Under the pieces are notes generated by a model. It ran no database searches, had not been told where the DNA came from, and saw nothing but the letters and a program-made list of their open reading frames with translations. A DNA stretch of 64,000 nt from Solirubrobacteraceae bacterium. Its GTDB lineage: Bacteria; Actinomycetota; Thermoleophilia; Solirubrobacterales; Solirubrobacteraceae. The position numbers were made by a program, and so were the translations under genes. Below are positions 18,722 to 29,558 of the stretch, in pieces. The stretch lies in contig JBEKKS010000004.1 of NCBI GenBank assembly GCA_050010595.1, positions 30,347 to 94,346 on the forward strand. Direction: 5' to 3'. Each line of letters starts with the position of its first letter. Position 1 is the first letter of the stretch.

Positions 18722-19420
18722 CTAGGAGACGATGAACTTCGTTCCCGCAACCGCCGCGAGCGTTGCTGCAGCGGTCACCGGCTTGTCGAAGGCGCCGTTG
18801 GGCGATATCTCCTTGGCAGTCGGGTCGTTGTAGTAGCCGAGCGCCCCCGCGTGACGTGCCTCGATCGTGAGGATCGAGACCGCATCCTTCAGGTCGGCGT
18901 CCTTCGCGAAGTTGAACGCCTGACCGAAGTACGCACCAACCCCCGTGTTCTCTAGCACCTGCGCCGTTGCCGCGAACGTCGTCTGGCTCGTCACTGCGTC
19001 ACCGAAATCAAACGTCGGCTTCTTGACAGCCTTTGCCCCGAGCGCCGTCTTGAGATAGGCGACGTGCGTAGCCTCGTGGCCCGCAATCACCTTCGCGAGC
19101 GCCGCAAGGTGCGGGTCGCTAAATGAAATGCTCGCAACAGCCTGCGCGTAGAAGGTCGCCTCCAGATATTCGAGCGTCAACGCGTAGTTGAAGATGCCGA
19201 CATCGCCGGCGCCATAGGACTTGGGAGGCCGGCCCGTGCCCTGCGCAAATGCGCCTGCCGGGAGCAGCGCCCCGAGCACCGCGCCCCCACTGAGCACACC
19301 GCCGCCGGCGATACCGGCCTTGCGAAGAAACGCGAGGCGCGTATCTCCAGACACTGCATCAGCCGCCTCTCGAACAGCCCCATCCACATCGACCTTTGTG
19401 AGATCCATCTGCGCAGACAT
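18722..19420 (-). CDS. secreted ferritin-like domain protein (Ferritin_2/DUF4439-like)
   Basis: It has a Tat-like N-terminus (TRLAFLRKAGIAGGGVL...AFA) and ferritin-like helices (LEYLEATFY, GHEATHV, LTIEARHAG). ATG 19420 has an AAGGAG ribosome-binding site 11 nt upstream. Confidence 0.75.
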   Translation of the reverse strand: MSAQMDLTKVDVDGAVREAADAVSGDTRLAFLRKAGIAGGGVLSGGAVLGALLPAGAFAQGTGRPPKSYGAGDVGIFNYALTLEYLEATFYAQAVASISFSDPHLAALAKVIAGHEATHVAYLKTALGAKAVKKPTFDFGDAVTSQTTFAATAQVLENTGVGAYFGQAFNFAKDADLKDAVSILTIEARHAGALGYYNDPTAKEISPNGAFDKPVTAAATLAAVAGTKFIVS

Positions 19421-19587
19421 AACGATTTCCACTCCTTGGCTAGTTTCGGGCTCTCACATAGGGCTTCGGGAGGCCGTCCATCTTGGATCACCGCTCGCGG
19501 TTATGCTGGTGCCTCAATCCCCGGTGCGTTGAAGGCTCGGTGAGGAAGTGACGCAGGTAGTCGCTGACGAAGCGCTTCGGCAAGGTT

Positions 19588-20433
19588 GTGGCGGTTGACG
19601 ACCTGTCGTTCGTGCTGGAGGCCGGCACGATCACGGGCTTCCTCGGTCCCAATGGGGCCGGCAAGACGACGACGCTGCGAATGCTGCTTGGTCTTGCCGC
19701 GCCGACAAGCGGGACGGCGCTGATCTTCGATCGTCCCTACGCCGAGCTCGACCGCCCGGCGCTGCGGATCGGCGCTGTCCTCGAGGCGACCGACTTCCAT
19801 CCTGGGCGCTCAGGCCGCGATCACTTGCGAATGCTGGGCCAGGCCGTCGGTGTCCCCGATACGCGCGTCGATGAAGTACTCCGCCTGGTCGAGCTCGCGG
19901 ATGCCGGTGCGCGACGCGTCAAGGGCTATTCGCTGGGGATGCGTCAGCGTCTCGGGCTCGCCGGTGCGCTGCTCGGCGAGCCCGATCTGCTCGTGCTGGA
20001 CGAGCCTGCCAACGGGCTCGACCCGGAGGGCGTGCGTTGGCTGCGTGACTTCCTGCGATCGTTCGCCTCAGAGGACCGCACCGTGCTGATCTCCAGCCAC
20101 GTGCTGGCCGAGGTCGCGCAAACCGTCGACCAGGTGCTGATCATCAGCCGCGGCCGTCTCGTCGTCGAATCCTCGCTGGAGGACCTGACGACCCGGGTCG
20201 GCGGTGCTGTGCGGGTGCGCAGCGCCCACTCCGCGGAGCTCGAGACGGCCTTGACCAAGGAGGGGCTCAAAGTGACCGCCAACGGGGACCAGCTACTTGC
20301 GGTGCACGGGGCGAGCAGCGAGCGCGTCGGCGAGATCGCCTTTGCCGCCGGCATCCCGCTGCACGAGCTTGTCGCCGAGGGCTCTTCGCTGGAGGAGATC
20401 TTCCTCGAGCTGACGGCGGAGGAGGGCGCGTGA
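19588..20433 (+). CDS. ABC transporter ATP-binding protein (ABC-2/DrrA-like)
   Basis: It has Walker A GPNGAGKTT, the signature YSLGMRQR and Walker B LLVLDEP. Homology continues upstream (SLTKRFGKVV) to an in-frame TAG, so the 5' end is unresolved (see findings). Confidence 0.85.
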   Translation: MAVDDLSFVLEAGTITGFLGPNGAGKTTTLRMLLGLAAPTSGTALIFDRPYAELDRPALRIGAVLEATDFHPGRSGRDHLRMLGQAVGVPDTRVDEVLRLVELADAGARRVKGYSLGMRQRLGLAGALLGEPDLLVLDEPANGLDPEGVRWLRDFLRSFASEDRTVLISSHVLAEVAQTVDQVLIISRGRLVVESSLEDLTTRVGGAVRVRSAHSAELETALTKEGLKVTANGDQLLAVHGASSERVGEIAFAAGIPLHELVAEGSSLEEIFLELTAEEGA

Positions 20434-21164
20434 TCGACCAGATCAAGGCCGAGTTGTTGAAGGTTCGCTCGACCCGCACGACGATCGGTCTGCTGCTCGG
20501 GATGATCGCGCTGATCCTCCTGTTCACGCTGCTGACCGGGTTGCTCGCGAGCAAATCGTCGTTCTCGGGCGCCGAGAACCAGCGGCAATTCCTCAGCCTG
20601 TCGGACCTCGCGGGCGTCTTCTCCGCGCTCGCCGGTGTGATGCTCGTCGCCAGCGAGTACCGCTACGGCACGATGCGGCCAACGATCCTCTTCACGCCCC
20701 ATCGCTCGCGCGTCCTGGCGGCAAAGACCGTCGCCGGCGTGCTCGCGGGGTTTGCCTTCGGTGTCGTCGGGGCGGCGATCGGCTGGGCGCTCGGCTACAC
20801 CCTGCTCACGAGCCGTAGCATCACGTTCGCGCTGAACAGCGGCGACGTCGTCCAGCTGGTCCTCGGCGGACTCGCCAGTGTCGCGCTGTGGGGAGCGATC
20901 GGCACCGGACTCGGCGCCGTCATCCGAAACCAGGTCGGAGCCGTAATCACGCTGCTCGCCTGGGGATTCGTCGTCAACCCACTGCTGTTCGGCCTCGTCC
21001 CATCGGTCGGACGGTTCATGCCCAGCTACGCCGGCGACGCACTAGTCGGCCTGACGACCAAGCACCTACTCTCACCCGCGGCAGGCGGCGTCGTGCTCGT
21101 CGCCTGGACGGCGCTCCTCGCCGCAGTCGGTCTTGCGCTCACCGCGCAACGCGACGTCGGCTGA
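20430..21164 (+). CDS. ABC-2 type transporter permease
   Basis: It has 6 TM segments and an N-terminus typical of ABC-2 permeases (IKAELLKVRSTRTT). It is translationally coupled to the ATPase gene. Confidence 0.8.
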   Translation: MIDQIKAELLKVRSTRTTIGLLLGMIALILLFTLLTGLLASKSSFSGAENQRQFLSLSDLAGVFSALAGVMLVASEYRYGTMRPTILFTPHRSRVLAAKTVAGVLAGFAFGVVGAAIGWALGYTLLTSRSITFALNSGDVVQLVLGGLASVALWGAIGTGLGAVIRNQVGAVITLLAWGFVVNPLLFGLVPSVGRFMPSYAGDALVGLTTKHLLSPAAGGVVLVAWTALLAAVGLALTAQRDVG

Positions 21165-21193
21165 GCGCGCGACGCGTCTGGCTAAGCTGAGGC

Positions 21194-21925
21194 ATGGCTC
21201 GCCGGCGCGCTTCAGTTTCGGCACTGGCGATAGGTCTGGCAGCGTGCGGGCTTGTCGCGGCCCTTGCACAAGGACCAGGGGCGCGCGCCGCGTCAGGAGC
21301 CACCGGTGCCACGTCGGCAACGGGCGCGACCACGGCGCGGCCACTGCTTGGCCCACCGAAGATCGTCAAGGACTTCATTCCCTTCGGCCCCGAGCGCAAG
21401 GCACAGATGCGAGCCTACGCCGAGCTGCACTACGGCATCGACAGCTACCACATCGTCGGCCCGCACCTGGTGATCTGGCATTTCACCGCGACGACGACGT
21501 TTTCGAGCGTCTGGAACACCTTCGCCGATGACGTGCCCGATGTGCAGTACCACGCGCTGCCCCAGGTCTGCGCGCACTTCGTGATCAACACGAACGGCAC
21601 GATCTATCAGCTCGTGCCACTGGGCATCATGTGTCGCCAGGTCGTCGGCCTCGACTACACGGCGATCGGGATCGAGAACGTGGGCATGTCCGATCAACAG
21701 GTGATGGGCGACGCCGCGCAATATCGCGCCGCGCTCGAACTGACCCGCTGGCTGCGCTGCCGCTACGACCTACCGGTGCGCAACGTGATCGGCCACAACG
21801 AAAGCCTCTCGAGCCCGTATTACATCGAGCACGTCGCTTCATGGCGCGGGCAAACGCACGAGGACTTCAACCACCACGACATGAAGATCGTCCGCGCCGC
21901 CGTCGCGCAGCTCCCCTGCCGTTAG
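21194..21925 (+). CDS. secreted N-acetylmuramoyl-L-alanine amidase (Amidase_2/PGRP fold)
   Basis: It has a signal peptide and the Amidase_2 pattern HFVINTNGTIYQLVP...AIGIENVG...VIGHNE. Confidence 0.75.
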   Translation: MARRRASVSALAIGLAACGLVAALAQGPGARAASGATGATSATGATTARPLLGPPKIVKDFIPFGPERKAQMRAYAELHYGIDSYHIVGPHLVIWHFTATTTFSSVWNTFADDVPDVQYHALPQVCAHFVINTNGTIYQLVPLGIMCRQVVGLDYTAIGIENVGMSDQQVMGDAAQYRAALELTRWLRCRYDLPVRNVIGHNESLSSPYYIEHVASWRGQTHEDFNHHDMKIVRAAVAQLPCR

Positions 21926-23115
21926 AGCTCGGCGGCCCTGGGAGCACCGAGCTCCCGCATGATGTCCGCCGGCGCGCGGCCGACCGAGATCATCGCCGCC
22001 ATGCGGGTCATCGGGCCGTCGATATGCGCGAAGAACGCCTCGTAGCCGCGACAGAGATAGCTATGGCCGGCCTCGCCCTGAGGGGAGCGCACGAAACGAT
22101 CCTTCGGACAGCCCCCGTTGCACGCGAAACGAACCGGGCAGTCACGACAGTACTGCGTAAGAGCGTCGCGCTTGGCCGCGCCGAAGCGAAGCTGCGCCGC
22201 GGAGCGCATCAACTCGCCCATGTCCACCTGCTCGATGTTGCCGAGCAGGAAGCGCGGCTCGACATAGTGATCACAGGAGTAGAGGTCTCCCGTGTGCTCG
22301 AGGACCGCCTGGCTACCGCAGGTCTCCTCGTGGACGCAGAGCCCACCCGGCAGGCCGACCCAGTGGGCGAGCGCGGTGTCGAATGCCTGCACATAGACGA
22401 CACCGACGTCACGGCGAACCCACTCCTCGAAGACATCGATCAGGAACATTCCGAACTGCTCGGGGCGCACCGACCGCTCGCTGACGGCGAGGTCACCCTG
22501 TCCGGCCGAGCGCTCCACGATCGGGATGAACTGAATGAATCGGGCATCGAGCTCGTCGCGCAGGAAGCGGTAGACGCTCCGCCCGCTGTCGCCGTTCGCG
22601 GCGTGAACCGTCGCGAGCACGTTCCAATCGACGCCGTGGCGACGCAGACGCTGCAGACCGCGCAGCACGCGGTCGAAAGTCGGGCGGCCCCCCTTCCCCA
22701 CGCGATAGGCATCGTGAAGCCCGCGCGGCCCGTCGATCGAGATCCCGACGAGAAACTCGTGCGCCGCGAGAAACCCGCACCATTCGTCGTCGAGCAGCGT
22801 CCCGTTGGTCTGCAGGGTGTTGAGGATGCGCTGGCCCGGCCGAGCGTAGCGGCGCTCGAGCTCGATCGCCCGCCGAAAGAACTCGAGGCCGATGATCGTC
22901 GGCTCGCCGCCCTGCCAGGCGATGACGATCTCCGACTCGTGCCGGTTCGCCGCCAGCAGCTGACGGATGTAGGACTCCGCGACGCGCGCGGACATGCGGA
23001 AGCGACTCCCCGGGTAGAGCGCCTTCTTGGCGAGGAAGTAGCAGTAGCGGCACTCGAGGTTGCAGAGCGCCCCCGTCGGCTTGGCCATCACACGGAAGGG
23101 AGCGTGCTCGTGCAT
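21922..23115 (-). CDS. radical SAM/SPASM maturase, anaerobic sulfatase-maturating enzyme (anSME) family
   Basis: It has the CNLECRYCY radical-SAM cluster motif and the pattern WQGGEPT...LQTNGTLL. C-terminal Cys clusters (CGSQAVLEHTGDLYSCDH, CRDCPVRFACNGGCPKDR) are present. ATG 23115 (MHEHAPFRVMAKP) is preferred over the 489-aa ORF call. Confidence 0.8.
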   Translation of the reverse strand: MHEHAPFRVMAKPTGALCNLECRYCYFLAKKALYPGSRFRMSARVAESYIRQLLAANRHESEIVIAWQGGEPTIIGLEFFRRAIELERRYARPGQRILNTLQTNGTLLDDEWCGFLAAHEFLVGISIDGPRGLHDAYRVGKGGRPTFDRVLRGLQRLRRHGVDWNVLATVHAANGDSGRSVYRFLRDELDARFIQFIPIVERSAGQGDLAVSERSVRPEQFGMFLIDVFEEWVRRDVGVVYVQAFDTALAHWVGLPGGLCVHEETCGSQAVLEHTGDLYSCDHYVEPRFLLGNIEQVDMGELMRSAAQLRFGAAKRDALTQYCRDCPVRFACNGGCPKDRFVRSPQGEAGHSYLCRGYEAFFAHIDGPMTRMAAMISVGRAPADIMRELGAPRAAEL

Positions 23116-23201
23116 CTGCCCAGGGTCCGGGAGCGAGCGAGGCGGCGCATCGGTGGAAAGCACGCACCGCGTCGTCCCGGTGGTGCGATGATCCCGATCT
23201 C

Positions 23202-24707
23202 GTGACCCAGGGGGCGCGACAGCTGGGCGTGGTGGCAGCCGGACACGAGCTGAGCGCTCGGGCCGGTGCTGACGTTCTGCGCGGCGGTGGCAACGCCGTC
23301 GATGCGGCGCTTGCGTCGATGCTCGCCTCGTTCGTCTGCGAGCCGCTGCTAACCGGCCTCGGCGCCGGCGGCTACATGCTCGTCGTCGCACCCGGACAGG
23401 CGCCTGCGCTACTCGACTTCTTCGTCGAAGCGCCCGGCAGAGGGAGCGACCCCGCCCAGCGCGGCGAGCTGGTTCCGGTCGGAGTCTCGTTCGGAGACGC
23501 GACGCAGACGTTCAACATCGGCCCTGCTTCTGTCGGGACCTACGGGATGGCAGCGGGCGTCTGCGAGGCGGCGCGCCGGTTCGGGCGCGTCCCGCTCGAG
23601 CAGCTCGTCGGTCCCGCCGTCGCGCTGGCTCGTGGCGGCGTCGCGCTCAACCGTCAGCAGGCCTACGTAGTCGAGATCCTCGAAGCGACGATCGCCTCGA
23701 CGGCCGAGGCTTCAGCCCTGTTCGCGCCCGGTGGACGCCTCTTGCGCGCCGGCGACAGGCTACGCCAGCCGGAGCTCGGCGACGCACTCGAGCGACTCGG
23801 TGCCGAAGGCGCGCGTCCGTTCTACGACGGCGACATCGGCACAGCGATCGTCGATTGGCTGGCCGCGCGCGGCGGGCTCGTCACCGCCGATGATCTCCGG
23901 GCCTACGCGGTGATCGATCGTGAGCCACTGCGGGTCTCCTATCGCGGACGCGAGGTGCTCACGAACCCGCCTCCGGCCGCGGGCGGAGTCCTGATCGCGC
24001 TGGCCCTGGCGCTACTGGACGCCTACCCCTCGCCACCTTCGCTGACTCAGATCGTCGAGGTAATGGAGCGCGCTCAGAGCGAGCGGACACCTGCGTTCCT
24101 CGCCGGGCTCGACGACCCGCAGTTTGTCGAGGCGTTCCTGCGTCGCGGCGGTGGGCGGCTTGGCTCCACGACCCACATCGCAGCGCTCGATCGGGATGGC
24201 TGGGCCTGCTCGGTGACGTCCTCCGCCGGCTCGGCCTCAGGCGTGATCGTGCCCGGCACCGGCGTGTACCTGAACAACATGCTTGGCGAGCAGGATCTCA
24301 ACCCACTCGGCTTTCACCGGCACACCGCCGGCAAGCGGCTGCCGAGCATGATGGCCCCGACGGTGGTGCTCGGCGACCGCGTACCCGAGCTGGCACTCGG
24401 CAGTGCCGGATCCAACCGGATTCGCTCCGCGATCCTGCAGACGATCATCCGCCGGATCGACCACGCCATGCTCGCGCAGGCAGCCGTCGAAGCTCCGCGC
24501 GTCCACTTCGAGGACGGCGTTGTCTACGTCGAGCCCGGGATCGACTCCAGCGAGCTCGCGCAGGCCGGCCGCGAGCTGGCGCAGTTCCGCGAGCTCAACC
24601 TCTTCTTCGGCGGAGTGCAGGCTGCGGCGCGCAACCGCGACGGCTCTTTCTCAGGCGGCGGCGACCCCCGGCGAGGCGGGGCGGCAATCATCGTCGCGGC
24701 CGTATAG
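23202..24707 (+). CDS. ggt: gamma-glutamyltranspeptidase family protein (no signal peptide)
   Basis: It has GGT motifs (GGNAVDAA, the autoprocessing/nucleophile region GSTTHIAALD, and GGGDPRRGG near the C-terminus). Confidence 0.85.
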   Translation: MTQGARQLGVVAAGHELSARAGADVLRGGGNAVDAALASMLASFVCEPLLTGLGAGGYMLVVAPGQAPALLDFFVEAPGRGSDPAQRGELVPVGVSFGDATQTFNIGPASVGTYGMAAGVCEAARRFGRVPLEQLVGPAVALARGGVALNRQQAYVVEILEATIASTAEASALFAPGGRLLRAGDRLRQPELGDALERLGAEGARPFYDGDIGTAIVDWLAARGGLVTADDLRAYAVIDREPLRVSYRGREVLTNPPPAAGGVLIALALALLDAYPSPPSLTQIVEVMERAQSERTPAFLAGLDDPQFVEAFLRRGGGRLGSTTHIAALDRDGWACSVTSSAGSASGVIVPGTGVYLNNMLGEQDLNPLGFHRHTAGKRLPSMMAPTVVLGDRVPELALGSAGSNRIRSAILQTIIRRIDHAMLAQAAVEAPRVHFEDGVVYVEPGIDSSELAQAGRELAQFRELNLFFGGVQAAARNRDGSFSGGGDPRRGGAAIIVAAV

Positions 24708-24748
24708 AACTTGCGCGACCAGGCCCCCGCCACGCCGAAAGGACCCGA

Positions 24749-25150
24749 ATGATCATCGCCACATACACGTTCGGCGACGCGCTGCTCAGCGTTCTCGAGC
24801 TTGCGCTGCTGTTCGTCTGGATCTGGATCGCCATCACCGTCGTCCTGGATGTCTTCCGCAGCCACGACCTCACCAACTGGTCCAAAGGACTGTGGATGCT
24901 CTTCATCGTCGTCCTGCCCTACATCGGCGTGCTTGCGTACCTCATCGTGCGCGGGCACTCGCTGCACGAGCACCACGAACAGGACCGCGCGCAGTACAGC
25001 GCGTTCCAGCGGTTCGTCGCGCGCGGCGGCGGGTCGAGCCACGTCGATGATCTCACGCGGCTTGCCGACCTCAAGGACCGGGGCGTACTGAACGACGACG
25101 AGTTCGAGCGCGCGAAGGCGCGAGTGCTCGCAGACCAAGCGAGCGGCTAA
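24749..25150 (+). CDS. membrane protein with PLDc_N-like N-terminal domain and C-terminal SHOCT domain
   Basis: It has two TM helices (LFIVVLPYIGVLAYLIV) and the SHOCT motif LADLKDRGVLNDDEFERAKARVL. Confidence 0.75.
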   Translation: MIIATYTFGDALLSVLELALLFVWIWIAITVVLDVFRSHDLTNWSKGLWMLFIVVLPYIGVLAYLIVRGHSLHEHHEQDRAQYSAFQRFVARGGGSSHVDDLTRLADLKDRGVLNDDEFERAKARVLADQASG

Positions 25151-25194
25151 GAGCGCCCGAGGGCTCCGGCGAGCCCGCTAGGATCGGCCGCCCG

Positions 25195-25974
25195 ATGCAC
25201 GAGACGAAACCGACCGTCTACCTGATCGCGCGGACCGCCGTCGATACCGCGGCGATGCGGGCATACCTCGATGACGTCGGCGGCGCGAGCTGGCTCGATC
25301 GCGTGCTCGAAGACGGGCCGAACGCCGCCGAACTGCTCGTCGAGTTCGCCGGGCGGGCGTGCTACCGCAGCTGGGAGCCGGGTCTGAACGCCAACGTGAC
25401 CAAGGTACGCACCGATCGGCGCGCGTACCTCGAGAACATCCTGCGCAGCGGGCACGGCAGCGTGCTCGAGCATGCGAGCTACAGCTTCGCGCTGCGCAAC
25501 GTCGGTCGCGTTTTCACCCACGAGCTCGTTCGCCATCGCGCCGGCTCGGCGTTCAGTCAGGAGAGCCTGCGCTACGTGCGGCTGACGGACATCGGCTTTC
25601 GCGTGCCGCCAGCGCTCGAGCCGCTACGCGAGCGCGTGCTCGAGATCGTCGAGCAGCTCGAGGAGTTCCAGCGCGACGCGGCAGCGCAGCTTGGCCTCGA
25701 TGACGACGGGGTGCCGTTCCACGTCAAGAAGGAGGCGACATCGGCGCTGCGGCGGCTCGCGCCGATCGGGCTCTCGACAGACATCATCTGGACCGCGAAC
25801 GTGCGGACCCTGCGGCACGTGATCGAGATGCGCACCGACCCCGGCGCCGAGGAGGAGCTGCGGCTCGTCTTCGACGAGATCGCGCAGATCGCAAAGCGCG
25901 AGGCACCGCTGCTCTTCCAGGACTTCGAGCGCCACGACGACGGCAGCTGGGTACCGACGTACCGGAAAGTCTGA
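25195..25974 (+). CDS. thyX: FAD-dependent thymidylate synthase
   Basis: It has the ThyX signature RHRxxSxxxxSxRY, read as THELVRHRAGSAFSQESLRYV. Confidence 0.9.
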   Translation: MHETKPTVYLIARTAVDTAAMRAYLDDVGGASWLDRVLEDGPNAAELLVEFAGRACYRSWEPGLNANVTKVRTDRRAYLENILRSGHGSVLEHASYSFALRNVGRVFTHELVRHRAGSAFSQESLRYVRLTDIGFRVPPALEPLRERVLEIVEQLEEFQRDAAAQLGLDDDGVPFHVKKEATSALRRLAPIGLSTDIIWTANVRTLRHVIEMRTDPGAEEELRLVFDEIAQIAKREAPLLFQDFERHDDGSWVPTYRKV

Positions 25975-26051
25975 CGCGTCCAGGCTCAGCGCCGTCGTCG
26001 GATGAGGATGCGTGGTTGCGGATGAAGACGGCTCGGAGTAGCGTCGGCCCC

Positions 26052-26588
26052 ATGGCGGTCAGCGCAGAGCAGCTGCTCTCGGTGCCTGACGATGGGATGC
26101 GGCGCGAGCTCGTGCGCGGAGAGCTGCGCGTGATGACGCCGCCCGGGGCAGATCACGGCCTGGTAGCCGCCGAGGTGGGACGGGTACTTGGAAACCACGT
26201 CAACGAGCACCGCCTTGGTCGGGTGCTGGCCGCCGAGTCAGGCTTTGTGCTCGAACGTGACCCCGATACGGTGAGGGCGCCCGATGCCGCGTTCGTGAGC
26301 CGGACACGCCTCGCGGCCCTCGGCCGAACCTCGAAGTACTGGCCGGAAGCGCCGGCCTTCGCGGTCGAGGTCGTCTCGCCGAGCGACAGCTTCCACGAGG
26401 TCGAGGCGAAGGCGCTCGGCTGGCTTGCCGCCGGCAGCGTCGCCGTGCTCGTCCTCGACCCCGAGCGGCGCAGCGGGACGATCTACCGGGCTGGCGGCGA
26501 GGTCCGCGTGCACCTCGGCGACGCCGTGCTCGACCTCGACGATGCAGTACCCGGGCTGCGCCTGGAGCTCGCCGGGCTGTTCGAGTAG
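26052..26588 (+). CDS. Uma2 family (DUF820) PD-(D/E)xK endonuclease-like protein
   Basis: It shows the typical Uma2 pattern: RRELVRGEL..MTPPGADHG, RAPDAAFV and AFAVEVVSPSD. The start could be 26016 or 26052. Confidence 0.75.
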   Translation: MAVSAEQLLSVPDDGMRRELVRGELRVMTPPGADHGLVAAEVGRVLGNHVNEHRLGRVLAAESGFVLERDPDTVRAPDAAFVSRTRLAALGRTSKYWPEAPAFAVEVVSPSDSFHEVEAKALGWLAAGSVAVLVLDPERRSGTIYRAGGEVRVHLGDAVLDLDDAVPGLRLELAGLFE

Positions 26589-26609
26589 GACGCCCAAAGA
26601 GACGGCGAG

Positions 26610-26643
26610 GATGCCGTGGGACCCAGAAGGGTCCCACGGCATC
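26610..26643. terminator. perfect 15-bp hairpin (GATGCCGTGGGACCC-agaa-GGGTCCCACGGCATC) between convergent Uma2 and acs genes
   Basis: The inverted repeat was read directly. It fills the convergent gap, so it is probably a bidirectional terminator. Confidence 0.6.
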
Positions 26644-26647
26644 GCAG

Positions 26648-28651
<2,004 letters not shown>

Positions 28652-28676
28652 TCACCTCACTTTTCGGGGGCGACCG

Positions 28677-28708
28677 GCTGGCGGCGCACCATCCCTGGCG
28701 CCGCCAGC
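28677..28708 (-). other. intercistronic hairpin between the satP-like gene and acs (11-bp stem, 10-nt loop)
   Basis: The arms GCTGGCGGCGC / GCGCCGCCAGC were read directly in the 79-nt gap. Confidence 0.4.
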
Positions 28709-28730
28709 GCAGTCGAACTACTTAGTGGTT

Positions 28731-29327
28731 TTACCGCTTGGCGGGGAAGAGCGGAACTACTGCTTTCCCGAACGTGCTGTTCACGACCGCACCAAACGAC
28801 GTGTACCACGCCGCAGCGGCCGTCGCGAGGCCGAGGTAACCGCCGATCTTGTGCATCGTGTCCACGCCGCTCGCCGGGAGGTCGTTCTGCCCGATGGCAA
28901 GGAAAATAAAGGTCGCCGTCAGCAGCACGAACACCAGCAGCACCGAACCGCTCACCTTCAAAGCACCGACCGTCATGTAGGCGGTGAAGATCGCCCATGC
29001 CCACAGGTACAGGGAGATCGCGTGGTCCGCGTTCGCGAGACCACCGGCGTTGAACGTGACCAGCAGCCAGAACGAGATCCAGAACGCTCCGTACGACGTG
29101 AACGCGACGGCCCCGAACGTGTTGCCGGTCTTGAACTCCCACATGCCAGCCAGAAGCTGCGCGAGTCCGCCGTAGGCGAGCGCGAGGCCGAGCACGATGC
29201 CCGTATCCCCACCGCTGACCAGGTTGGCGTTGAGCATCGACAGGACGAAGGTCGTCATCGCGAAGCCCGCAAGTCCCAGGGGTGCGGGGTTGGCAATAGA
29301 CGGCCCGGTCGAGCCAGATCCTTCCAT
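28731..29327 (-). CDS. GPR1/FUN34/YaaH family acetate (succinate) transporter
   Basis: It has the family signature NPAPLGLAGFAMTTFVLS and 6 TM segments. It lies directly upstream of acs on the same strand. Confidence 0.85.
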   Translation of the reverse strand: MEGSGSTGPSIANPAPLGLAGFAMTTFVLSMLNANLVSGGDTGIVLGLALAYGGLAQLLAGMWEFKTGNTFGAVAFTSYGAFWISFWLLVTFNAGGLANADHAISLYLWAWAIFTAYMTVGALKVSGSVLLVFVLLTATFIFLAIGQNDLPASGVDTMHKIGGYLGLATAAAAWYTSFGAVVNSTFGKAVVPLFPAKR

Positions 29328-29558
29328 TTATGCTCCTCTCCTTGGTCGCATGGCAAAAGCCCACGACCGTCGGTTTTCGCAGGCTCGGGGGAGCCCGCGG
29401 GTTGAAACCGCGATGAGCATAACCAGCTCGCGGACGGCCAAGTGGAAAATTTTTGCCCTACCGCTTGTGCAGAGACGCACAAGGCGAGCGGGGCCTCCGC
29501 GCGCGCCTACGGGACTGGCCGCCGACGCCGGCGAGCGAGCTGTCCTAGCGGCGCAGTT

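Noticed and set aside
21922-23391. N-terminally extended ORF calls. Examples are the 489-aa radical SAM ORF, the 598-aa moeA ORF, the 523-aa moaA ORF, the 479-aa NrfD ORF, the 334-aa fpg ORF, and the 932-aa nuoG, 717-aa nuoL and 482-aa nuoF ORFs.
   Set aside because: The extensions are Arg/Pro/Ser-rich junk that overlaps neighbouring genes. Internal ATG or GTG starts coincide with conserved N-termini, ribosome-binding sites or 4-nt stop/start overlaps.
24749-26588. PLDc_N/SHOCT protein, thyX and the Uma2 endonuclease-like gene considered as a possible mobile or phage-derived islet.
   Set aside because: GC content and codon usage are indistinguishable from the flanks. There is no integrase, attachment-site repeat or tRNA. 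All three families are common chromosomal genes in Actinomycetota.
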